A stretch of DNA of 56,520 nt, the filler included, from Catajapyx aquilonaris (Eukaryota): NCBI GenBank assembly GCA_000934665.2. It is 4 parts of 4 records of this genome, joined end to end, with 100 filler letters (N's around TTAATTAATTAA, not from the genome) between each part and the next. Parts side by side here need not be neighbours in the genome. Positions count along the whole stretch, not along the records: positions 14,161 to 28,223 come from JYFJ02007902.1; positions 28,324 to 42,376 come from JYFJ02007903.1; 2 more parts are not named here. The stretch is one strand, 5' to 3'. The position numbers were made by a program, and so were the translations under genes. Of the stretch, positions 24,981-35,073 are shown in pieces (position 1 is the stretch's first letter; every line of letters starts with the position of its first letter). A model generated the notes under the pieces. The model was not told the DNA's origin and searched no databases. It saw only the letters and a list, made by a program, of their open reading frames with translations.

Positions 24981-25295
24981 CTATCTTCCAATGTACACCT
25001 CGATTGGCTCGTATCTCCAGTCAGTGGCGGCAACATAGTCCAATTCCCTCCTGAGGTCCCTCATTCGTCTCTCATGGTCCTCACGCTGCATCGACGAGTG
25101 GTCAAACAGGAATCGGGTCATCAAGTACTTGTCAACTTTGTTTCCAGGAGCATCGTTGCTGTTGTTGCTGTTGTTGTTGTTGTTGTTATTGTTGTTTGGG
25201 CTGCTGCTACTGCTGCTGCTGGCACCGCTGCTGTTGCCCTTGTTTGAACTTTGGTCGCCCTCAGGCGTAAAGAGTGTCTTGTTGAGGTTCGACAT
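24981..25295 (-). CDS. ANAPC16: Anaphase-promoting complex subunit 16-like protein, 104 aa, with a Ser/Asn-rich insertion
   Basis: NKTLFTPEG and DHERRMRDLRRELDYVAATDWRYEPIEVYIG resemble recalled APC16 motifs (RKALFTYP; HxxxxxxxxxLxxELxADEWRFKPIEQLLG). A splice acceptor near 25305 precedes the ATG, implying 5' UTR exons upstream. Confidence 0.7.
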   Translation of the reverse strand: MSNLNKTLFTPEGDQSSNKGNSSGASSSSSSSPNNNNNNNNNSNNSNDAPGNKVDKYLMTRFLFDHSSMQREDHERRMRDLRRELDYVAATDWRYEPIEVYIGR

Positions 25296-25412
25296 CGGAA
25301 TAACCTGGAAGGTCAAACCACAATATGACTGGCATGCACCGCAAACGCACACAATCATGACATCAAACCAGTGCAACACAACCAGCTACATTTTAAAGTT
25401 TAGCCTGAACGT

Positions 25413-25555
25413 CGAGGGGGTACTCACTCGACTGAAAAGTGTACACCGGAGCACCAAATTCAAGGAGTACCTGGGAGTACCAAGGAGTACCTAAGGAGTA
25501 CCCAAAGAGTACCACTGCAGGTGTACACCGGAGTACCTAAGTGAGTACACCCTTG
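25413..25555. mobile_element. 143-bp MITE with 8-bp TSD (hAT or P type) and internal GGAGTACC repeats
   Basis: TSD CTGAACGT at 25405-25412 and 25556-25563. TIRs CGAGGGGGTACTCACT / AGTGAGTACACCCTTG. Second copy at 53646-53793. Confidence 0.85.
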
Positions 25556-26067
25556 CTGAACGTTCCATGAGCATTACGCTGGCAGTGTACGGAACTGATG
25601 GACACTCATGTGATACCGTGTGTGATGCCGCTGTCGCTGTGTATTTACCAAGGTGTTGCTCCTGGATTGGCCGGTCCTCTGGTCTTTTCTTCTCTGGAAC
25701 AATCCGAATCTTTGGACTTCTCAGCTGGAAGTTCAAGGCGTAGTTCTACGAAGAACCACGAAGAACCAAGCACAAAGTGTCAGGCCGAAAGTCGCTTAGC
25801 TGCTGGTTGAAAGCAACTGATAGTTTTCAAATTAATATTCACAAGAGCAGATGTGCCATACGCGTATTGTGTCACATTCTGATGTAACAGGTAATGTAAT
25901 CATCACTTGGCCCCGACAGCAATGGCCTTTAAGCTTTGAGAGGAATGCGTAATCTGTGTGTGATTTATAACGATTTAGGAAGCACTATTTTAGGAAGTAG
26001 CTCATAAAACTGGTTATCAGTAGCTGCTACTCACAATCATCGATGCGAGTTTGGCTCACTCTATGGC

Positions 26068-26138
26068 AGCGGCCATTTTTAAGCCGAATGCTCAAACATG
26101 GCGTCAGTAGTCACGTGACGGTCTCTCGGCCAATCACG
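26068..26138. promoter_or_regulatory. Housekeeping-type promoter motif cluster, probably for the APC16-like gene
   Basis: YY1/Pho-like GCCATTTT (26072) and AACATGGCG (26095), palindromic E-box GTCACGTGAC (26110-26119) and CCAAT (26130), all within 70 bp. Confidence 0.55.
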
Positions 26139-26517
26139 AAATTTCTAGGAAAACAAACTACTGTATTTATATTGTCTTGACTTAAATTTAAATCTTACCA
26201 TCCATTGATGTTAATTAAAAAGAAAAATGGATGTGAATTTTAAAGCGTTACGAAGATCACATTGGTGCTGCTGAAAATTCAAGAGAGATTTAGAGATTGT
26301 TAAATTTTTATATACATGTACCCCTGCTTTTCGACCAAACATTTACACACACCTGTTGTTGCGCTTTGATAGATTCAAGTGATTTCATATAGAACAATGA
26401 ACCAACAAACATTATAAGTATTGAGGCTTACATGCATTGATTCAACTGAATTCAACACTGCACAATTATTATGCAAAAATGAGGTTTTATTTCCCCATCA
26501 TAAATATAACAACATCT

Positions 26518-27924
26518 TTATAGCTTGAATTTCTTTCCAGACGCAACTTTCTGGACCGATGGCTTCCTCTTTGCAGCAGGATTCGGGGTGCTGACAACGT
26601 CTTGAAGCTGGTTGAAGAAGCTCTTGGACGACTTCACGTGCTTCTCTTCTTTCTCATCCACCTGGAAGCAAAGCGGAGTTGAAATTTTGTGTTAACAACT
26701 CAAAAAATAATTGCGCTTGGAGCACGTGCATCTTGGAGCGTCTTGGAGCATGAGCATGTGCCCGTCTCGGAAAGAGACTCACCATGGTTATCCTGGATCC
26801 AGCCCCCTTCGCTGCCTTCTCCAACTGCTTGGCCGCCTTTTCCTTGCTGTACTTGTTCCCCAATCCTGGATTCATTTTGGCAACTTCCTTCGTCCTCCTT
26901 TCCTTCTCCTTCTTCCTCTCCCTCTGCTTCGATTTCTTCTTCCTCAAGTCCCTACCCATATCAGTAGAAGACCTTTCTGATTTGCCCACTATATTGCCTC
27001 TGCTTCTGCCCTTCACTTCTTCTGGTGCCAACAATGCCGCATCACTCACCGCAACTGGAGCAACCTCTTCCATGCTAACTGAAGGCAGGTTATTTATTAC
27101 CTTAACTTCTGCTGTCGGTTGTTTCGGTGTGTAATGGAAGTTGCTCATGGCCTCCAGTTTAGCAAACAAGGCATCCATTGACTTCCGTATTGCTTCATGT
27201 TCCGGATTTTCTTGCTCTGGAATTTCCTCCCCATCCTGTACACGCTGCTGCTTCAAGTATTCCTGCTCATACACTTCAGCCAATGTTGCCTTGCTCTTCT
27301 CGTGGTCCAACACCAATTGCTTTTTGTACTCGAAGGGATCTTTGACAGGCTTAAGCTTTCGTTCAACATCGTCCCATGATTTGTCCTTAATTCTCTGAAG
27401 AATAATCTGCTCTAATGTTTTTGTGGTTTCTTCTGTTATGACTGGACGCTGCCTCGAGGCATGTTCAAACTGGAGTGCTTCTTCTAATAGGGTATTTTCA
27501 GGACGAATTGCTGCAGTCACTTCACCTTTAAGTTGCCATGGCTTCTCAGACAGCGCCTCTTCTTCGAGTGATTTTATTCGGCTTTGTATCCTCTCCTGAC
27601 GCCGCTCAAATGAGGATTTTGGACCCTGCTTGGCATCACCTGTGCCATTCTCATCCTCAGGTGCATCATAAAAATCGTCATAGTTGCACTCTTCTGGTTC
27701 TGATTCATCTCCAGCAAAGTGGTTAATTGATTCAGCATCACTGTCGTCTTCATTTTCACGCTCCTCATTTTCCAGAAACTGTTCCATTTCTGACAATTTG
27801 AAAAATTTGTCATCAACTTCTGATGCTTTGGATGCCTTTCTAGGTAGCTTGATGGGCTCTGGAGCGTCACTGCTACTACAGTCTTCTTGCTCTCCTTCAC
27901 TTTCATCACCAGTGTCACTATTTT
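26518..27924 (-). CDS. MPHOSPH10: U3 snoRNP protein Mpp10; 5' exon(s) unresolved
   Basis: Exons 26783-27924 and 26518-26661. Motifs VDDKFFKLSEMEQFL, KPWQLKGEV, RPENTLLEE, PVITEETT, LSNFHYTPK-like MSNFHYTPK, MEEVAP, LLAPEE, KSSKSFFNQLQ and terminal KFKL. AATAAA at 26486-26491. Confidence 0.93.
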
Positions 27925-28223
27925 CTGTCACAACAAGAGAAAACAGAACAGAAGTTTAGGGGAAATAGAGTATTGCGGCGGCATCCGGATTCTCACCCGG
28001 ATTCCCAGCCAGTCCGTCCAGCCCACAAGGACAAGTTCATCCGCAACCAGGATGCACCCTTCCAGACTTTAAGCCAGAACAAGGATGTGCCCTTATCCAG
28101 TTGCCTTTGAACAGGAACACTAGCGCCAGGGAGCATATACTACATAAGAGGCGCAAACATTCGATTTTTTTCGTCTCTCTGTTTATGGCGTTGTCAAGGC
28201 TGGCGGCCATCTTGACGTGTGTG

Positions 28224-28323
28224 NNNNNNNNNNNNNNNNNNNNNNNNNNNNNNNNNNNNNNNNNNNNTTAATTAATTAANNNNNNNNNNNNNNNNNNNNN
28301 NNNNNNNNNNNNNNNNNNNNNNN
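28224..28323. other. Artificial contig linker
   Basis: N44-TTAATTAATTAA-N44. Confidence 0.97.
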
Positions 28324-28905
28324 ACCCTATTTATGTGCAATTAATTTATATTTCGTCATTTCCATATTCTCAACTGGGAAATATCAGGGTGAGCGAATTA
28401 TTTTGGGTTTGGGCAAGTAGTTTCTCTGTTTCCATTTGCATTCAGTATGCACACTTTTTAATTAAGTGAAATAATAAATACCCTTCTGAATAAAACATTA
28501 TTGCATTGAACATAATATGCCCTAAAATGAAATAACAAATCTGCATATTTCTCATACCACTGAAACATTTGCAACTGTCTGATATTGCTACTGAATATCA
28601 CTGAACAATGTTAACACTCTTCAAATGAACTGACAAGATTGCCATTTAACATACTGTACATCGCCTTCAAAATTTTCACTAGCAAATTTGTCATCTGGTA
28701 AATGCTCAAGTGATACTCTCAAGTTTTGACAGTATTTCATAACAAGACTCCCAGCCTTGCTTTGAACATCACTTCAGTGACTAGATGTGGAAGTCAAGTT
28801 GTCCTTGTATTTAGTTCCTGAACTCAACGTTACAGGTGGGACCAACTTCAGTAGTTCACAACGCCACTATTACACTTCAAGTACACTTCAAATTAATTCC
28901 ATAAG

Positions 28906-29571
28906 CTATCCTGTGTGCGTCTTCAAATGCCGCGCTAATTTCCAATGGGATGGAAATGATGTGGAGCAGTATTCACAGGTGAAGTGTAATGCTTTCCCAA
29001 TGTGCGAGATCTTATGTCGTGCAAGTTCACCATGATTGGAAAAAGAACTGGGGCACACTTCACAGCTGAAAGAAGGCTTCCCTCTGTCCAGCTTCAAACG
29101 GTACCCATTTGGTAATCCACGAGCGCAGAGTTCGGCCGGATGCCTTCTCCTACGCACCCGAGCTTTGAATCCATGCAACTGAAGAGGATCATGCTCCACC
29201 TTCTTAACAGGTCCACTGTCTGGCAATAGCACCGACACCATCATTTCCTCTTCTTCAGCCGACATCAGCTTCTCCCATTTGTCATCTCTGGAATCCTGGT
29301 GGGCTTGTAAATCACCTACAATAGGCTTAAACTCCTTAACCTCTTTTGGATCAATATCTGGAACTTAAGAGCATTAAAACATTCAATTAGTCACCATACG
29401 ATTGTCAGCCTTGCTTCTGGGGCAACATGAGTGCAGCCAAAATTGTGCATGTTCCGTCAGTGTTGTGCTTGCCATGTTAAACCCACCTTCTGCATCCCTT
29501 TCTTCCCGATCCTCCTCTTCAATCCCACAGCTGCTGAGTCTTGCCTTCTTCTTAATAGAGAAGGCAGCCAT
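28906..29571 (-). CDS. C2H2 zinc-finger protein with two fingers; either a separate gene or the last exon of the upstream gene
   Basis: Exon 28906-29357 contains FSCEVCPSSFSNHGELARHKISH and FTCEYCSTSFPSHWKLARHLKTHTG. A phase-1 upstream exon 29487-29571 with an ATG fits and gives 178 aa. Confidence 0.7.
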
Positions 29572-29979
29572 TGTTGATGTCTTCACACAAAAGTTCCACA
29601 CCAGAGGTCCTCAGTGGCTGCTGTTCTCAATACAGTACTGTAATGTGGACTATGACAGGAGGAAGGGAAAATAAAATGATGACCAGAAGTATGAACATAT
29701 TTCCCATTTATTTCCATATCCAGTCCATAACACATATAAGTTCTGTACCTATCCAAACACAAAAAGGATCCACAGCCAACCATTAACCTGATATTAAATG
29801 CAAGAGCAGTAATCTGAACACAAGTGATGTTAAGTCAATCAACAGAAGATTCTTGAGATATATAAGTTCACATCTGGAATACGTCATAGAGGAGAAAGCA
29901 GTCTCTTTTTAGCCACCCCTTTCAATTCCATCTCCATTACCTACCATGCCGCAATGCGCTCCCTCTCCACTGTCATCCA

Positions 29980-31784
29980 TCACTCACAGAATTTCCTCTC
30001 CGTTGCCATCATTACTTCATGGTGATCCCGCTCCATGGCCATCAGGGCCTCATGGTGCTCCCTCTCCATCGCCATCTGTGATTTGTGTAACTCCCTCTCC
30101 ATTGCCATCTGTGTCTTATGGAACTCCCTTTCCCTTACCAAATGTGCCACCTGTGCCTCATACAACTTCTTCTCCAAGGCACGGCGTACGTCTAAAAGGC
30201 GCCTTTTCTCTCTGATCTCCTCCAGATTATCCCTGTGTTGTTTTTCCAGGTCCAGGATTTGTTTCTGGGCAGGGACTGTAGTTTCCTTCCTGGTGTATGG
30301 TGCTGACCCTGGTCAAGTGTAATGTTAAGGGTAGATATAACTTTGGTGGGGTATAGAGGGTAGCTCAAAATGTTCTGATCAGTATCACATATTTATCTTG
30401 ATGTTGTTTTTTTTTGTTTTGTTTTGTTTCTAGACACTTTCTTTGAGTGAATTTTAACCCAGTTATGCCAGGAAAAGTTTTTGTTGAATATTTGAACTTT
30501 TTTTGTTTCTATTAGTTCATATTAGTTCCCAAAACACAAAAATCGAGGTAAAACATTTTTCTGTATGCTTGTTTGCAAGAAAATGGCAGTTCCCTATAAT
30601 TATGGGATGCTAGGAAAATGTAACCTAGCATGGCTAATTGGCTATAACAGTTGTTGATTACATTACCATGGCAACAGTGACATTCAGCAATATCCATAGT
30701 TTCATAACATCACCAATGATTGATTGACTATAAAATAATCAGTAGTTACCAGAAGATCCATCCTTGTGGCCCTTTTGTTGCTCCTTGGTCACGCTGGTGT
30801 TCCTCGGGATAGGGTTCATTGTGGATGGGCTTGGGAGAGTCTGTGGAAGGGACCTTGCATGGGAGGATGGAGGAGATTCTGAAAGGGGTGCTGCTAAGAC
30901 ACATGCAGGGGAAGCTGAAGCTGCCACATTAGTGTCATCTTCCATCTCTTCCTCGATAACTGGATCACTGTCACTGGATCCACGTCCTTTCTCCTTTCCC
31001 TTGGGCTCTGAAGCAACCTTTGCAGTGATCTTGACTGTCAGTGGGCTGGATGGTACTGAAGATTGGGGCTGAGACCTCTGCAATTGAATGGGATCAGTGT
31101 AAGTGGCAACTGCATTCAGCATAATCACATTTGAAGTCAGGGATTCATAATGAATGATGACTTAAAAAATTATGCCAGCAGTGGCATTAAAAATGGCTTA
31201 AAGTAGTGATGCACAATGCAGGGGGTCTACACTGACTGTGAGTTTACAGATGTCTCTAATCATCTGGGGATACATTTAACCACCCCTGAGTGATTAGTTA
31301 ATCTAAATATCAGTTCCTGAGCCCAAACAACATAATTTAAATTAGCGACCATAGGTAATTTGCAGTTCGTATCCATTTTTATCCAGTAGTATGATTTTCA
31401 TGGCAAAGAATTCCAGCCACAAAAAATTTGCAACTTACTTAGTGAGAAAACCATGTTCAGTCATGTCAGCATAATGTCTTACAATAGCATGCTTGGATAT
31501 CTTATAAGAACATGATTAAGTTGATTATTTTAGTTAACATTAAGTCATCTCATGTGAGTACATAACAGAGAACGTAGTGATAAACTAACATGGAGTGCAA
31601 GTGAGTCACAAGCCTCCAAATGAAAAGATGGTTCTTCTTCAGCCTTGACCTGGACAACCTCACTGGCACTTGCTCCAGAATAAGCCAGGTACACTGGAGG
31701 CATGTATTTCACCTGATCATTGCAGATTTCTTCTGTGGTAATGGTGTCCTCTGGCTCTTCCTCCTCCACTTCATCCAGATCCAT
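29980..31784 (-). CDS. Uncharacterised protein A: acidic VKxEE/DxLAL-type N-terminus, Ser/Pro linker, coiled coil with 11-aa MAMERExH repeats
   Basis: Exons 31590-31784, 30750-31077 and 29980-30308, with canonical splice sites and matching phases. Paralogous in layout to 36920-39439. Confidence 0.7.
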
Positions 31785-31913
31785 GCCTCCTTAAAGAGAT
31801 TTTATAAAAACAATAAGAACACTCTTAACATTTTTGATGCAAAGGTGCTTCACAATTCACATGACATGTGAATTTAGATCATGGTGGATTCTATGTCATA
31901 TCTTTCACTACTA

Positions 31914-33618
31914 CTTGCCCAACACAAATGAAGTTCGCCTAGCATGAAAATCACCTGCATGTCGATGTTACTAATACGAATTGCTTGAGAATGAATGATG
32001 TTTTAATCACACAACTTATATGCTAATGAGCCACATGGAAGAGCAATGTTGTTGGGGCGAGATATCAATGCATTTGTCAGTGGAACAAGAAGAACAGGAC
32101 AGTATTTATTTAGCGCGCCGGGGGCAATGGAGTTCGCCCATAGCCTTAAACACCCCACAAAGTTCGCCCCTGTTAAATACAGACTGATGCGGTTGTGCCA
32201 GATGGAAAAAAAGTGCAGGTCTCTTGTCCTGCACCACAATGCCATTATTCATTGCACTGTGTCTGAAAATAACAATCACGGAAGGTGGTAAGCCCATTCC
32301 TTCAGAGGTATGCAAGGTGATATGGAAGAGCTCTGAAGAAGGAAAGACTTGCTTGGGAGAAGGAATGGAAGCATTGGGCCCATCGTCGGGCACATCAGAT
32401 GTGGAATTAGTCAAGTTTGGCGATGAATTAGTCAGTACAGGGACATCCATAATCGAGTACTGCAAGCAAAGTAAGAAGCGTACCATCCCAATGTCTCACT
32501 AGAACAGTCAAACATGCACACAGCATTATGGTGTGGGGATGCATGGGTAGTGTCAGCCTTGGCAACTTTCATGGCATCAATGGCACCATTGATACAGCCA
32601 TGTTTCAGGAGATTTTGAGAGACCATCTGCTGTGTGTGCCCTCAATAGCAACCTTACATCTGGATGTCAGCGTAATATTTCAACAGGACTTTGCACCATG
32701 CCAAAGCAGCAGAAGCAAGTGGCTGGCAGACGAGGGGACTGACAATCTACTTGGCCATCTAGTAGCCTGGACCTCAATCTGATTGAGACAGACTGGAAAA
32801 TCATGACGAAGGTACAGTACCGTTCATAAAGAATGGTACGACTCTACATGGACGAAATGTTTATTCTGTTCCCAACCCCTGGGTCGCCAGCATGTTTTTA
32901 GGGGTCACGAGGAAGTCTGAGAAGAGGGAATCAAAATATAATAAAAAAGAGAAGAGAAAAACAAAGCTACGTAGAAAAATTTTAGGGGGGAAATTCACAT
33001 CAAATCTACGTAACCATTGCACCGTGTTGAACATTTTGGTCATTAAAATTTGTATTAAAAAATCGGGATGGGTCATACGAGTCACCAGAGGTCCGGACAA
33101 GGTTGTCCATAGGGTTTTGTCGAATTAAGGTTGGGAATAATGCTCGATAATCAGGAAAAACATTTCGTCCATAGAGTCGCACCATTCTTTATGAGCGGGA
33201 CTGTACTTTGGAGGAAACACCCTTGCACCAAGGCATAATCACTGAGGACCAAACTACGGGAGGTTTGGGACAGCATCATTCCAGCCGAGTGCCAGAGCGA
33301 ATTGAACACAATGTCGTGTTGTGTGGAGGCCATCAATGCTGCCCATGGCGATGTCACCTGCTTCTAGGCGAACCTTGTGGCGCGTTTAGCACTCTGGGCG
33401 AACTCCATTGCCCCCGGTGTGCTAAATAAATACTGTCCTATTCATCTTGTTCCACTGACAAATGCATTGATATCTTGCCCCAACATTGCTCTTCCATGTG
33501 GCTCATTAGCATATAAGTTGTGTGATTAAAACATCATTCATTCTCAAGCAATTCGTATTTGTAACATCGACATGTAGGTGATTTTCGTGCTAGGAGAACT
33601 TCATTGGTGTTGGGCAAG
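31914..33618 (+). mobile_element. Decayed Tc1-family (DD34E) transposon with about 255-bp TIRs
   Basis: TA|CTTGCCCAACAC ... GTGTTGGGCAAG|TA. Transposase remnants ERLAWEKEWKHW, VKFGDE, SIMVWGCM, FQQDFAPC, WPSSSLDLNLIETDW, LREVWDSI...MSCCVEAINAAHGDVT, with frameshifts and stops. Confidence 0.92.
32815..33203. mobile_element. Tc1/mariner-type MITE nested in the Tc1 transposase
   Basis: TA|CAGTACCGTTCATAAAGAATGGT ... ACCATTCTTTATGAGCGGGACTG|TA. Removing it restores the transposase frame (KIMTKVLWRKHP). Confidence 0.85.
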
Positions 33619-34006
33619 TATAACTCTTGTGCTAACTAGTAAACCAGATGGCAAAATTTAGCCAAATAAACATATTTCTTGCACATTTTGGAAAAATGGC
33701 CTAGTTCATAAATGAAAATTCATATGATCTGAAACAAAAAAAATCAAAACACTTTTATGAATGCTACATTTTAAGTCACAAATACAGCCTCAACAGTGAC
33801 TTGGTCTACATCTGGCTCCAGAAACACCTTGACTGACTGGAAATCAGTGCAAGCGAATGAGTGCATCATACAACTGTCCATGTGGAAATGCAGTCGACAC
33901 TAGACACAACATACTGTAAGGGACCACGGGTATCAGTATCCTATAACGGATGTTTCCGATATCCAAATACGCAAGCCATATATGGAAGTGTGCCAGGGCT
34001 AGCATT

Positions 34007-34819
34007 TCACGTTGGCAATAACTGTGGTTTGCTATATCCAGAGTCAACTGTCACATGTGCAAACATGAAAGCTCCCAAGTATGTAATATTTAAAATGCAC
34101 AGAGGTGTATCCTCAATGAGAACTCCTACCTTGCATTGAATGATCAGCGCAATTAAGCGTAGCTTCCATGGCAGGTTTTTTTGCAGCTGAACCACGGCTA
34201 GCCAGCTCATTGTTACAAGTTCCTCGCAACAGACCTTGTATCAGGTGGTGTTTCCTTCTGCGAACATTTTCCTGATCTTCAAGCTGAAAAGAAAGTTCGC
34301 ATTCAGCATGGATGTGGCTCTCGAGTCACATAATGATAATTTAATGAAATTAACTTACTCCTGCCTCATTATCTATCGCTATTGGCCTCTTCCGTTGTTC
34401 AGAATCCTTCTGTCGCCGCTCTTTAATGGGTAGGCCTACTAAAAACTGGCCATTTTTCACTCTGCCTCTGGCTCCTCCGGCACGCTCTTCAGCAGCCACA
34501 TCCACCTCATTCCTAACATTTCCTGGCAACATACCTGGTATCACGTGTCGTCTCTTCCCGTAATTATGCCTACCGTAAGCATAATCATGATCATTAAACT
34601 GAAAAGAAAAGCGTGTCACTCAGCATCTATAACGACTCATCAAATGAGAATTTTACGAAATTAACTCACTCTCGTCTGCTCCATCGTCCTCTTCGGTTGT
34701 TCAAAAACCTTCTGTCCCCAAGTCCCCCTCCAAAGAGACCCTTTTGCGTTTACAGACTGACCAATATTCGCTCCGTATCTGGGCTGCATGGTCGCATCGT
34801 CCTTCAATTTGGCTGCCAT
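34007..34819 (-). CDS. Orphan spliced gene of about 195 aa with internally duplicated exons, head-to-head with SNAPC3
   Basis: Approximate exons 34670-34819, 34359-34598, 34131-34284 and 34007-34047 have good GT-AG sites and stay in frame. The ATG lies in an AAGATGGC context. No family recognised. Confidence 0.55.
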
Positions 34820-34881
34820 CTTTAGGGGGTAACAGCGCCACAAGCCGTCAAGCGAGGCATCCAGTGAACTAAGAAGTTATT

Positions 34882-34935
34882 CAGCCATCCGAACGCGTCC
34901 GGATGAAGCAGCCGTCCGAACGCATCCGGATAAAA
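34882..34935. promoter_or_regulatory. 2 x 27-bp tandem repeat in a bidirectional promoter region
   Basis: CAGCCATCCGAACGCGTCCGGATGAAG / CAGCCGTCCGAACGCATCCGGATAAAA between two divergent start codons. Confidence 0.5.
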
Positions 34936-35073
34936 CCATTGTTTTCTCACGTGTGTCGACTGGACGTTTGTGAGACGTTTGTGAGACATTTTCTGCAGAT
35001 CAGAGGTAGGTTGGAAGAGCAGCTTGTTCACTGAAGGTTTAACTGCAACTGTTTTGTCACCAGGTAGATAGAC

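Noticed and set aside
25413..25555. Regular GGAGTACC repeats as a CRISPR-like array
   Set aside because: The repeats are only 8 bp with tiny spacers, bounded by TIRs and an 8-bp TSD, in a eukaryote with no cas genes.
12325..28223. Idea that the LDLR-like, APC16-like and Mpp10 genes are nested in a BTAF1 intron
   Set aside because: They lie across an artificial linker, and no BTAF1 5' exons were found anywhere in the window.
32106..32486. 126-aa minus-strand ORF as an exon of gene A
   Set aside because: It is antisense to the Tc1 transposase remnant and overlaps the TIR.
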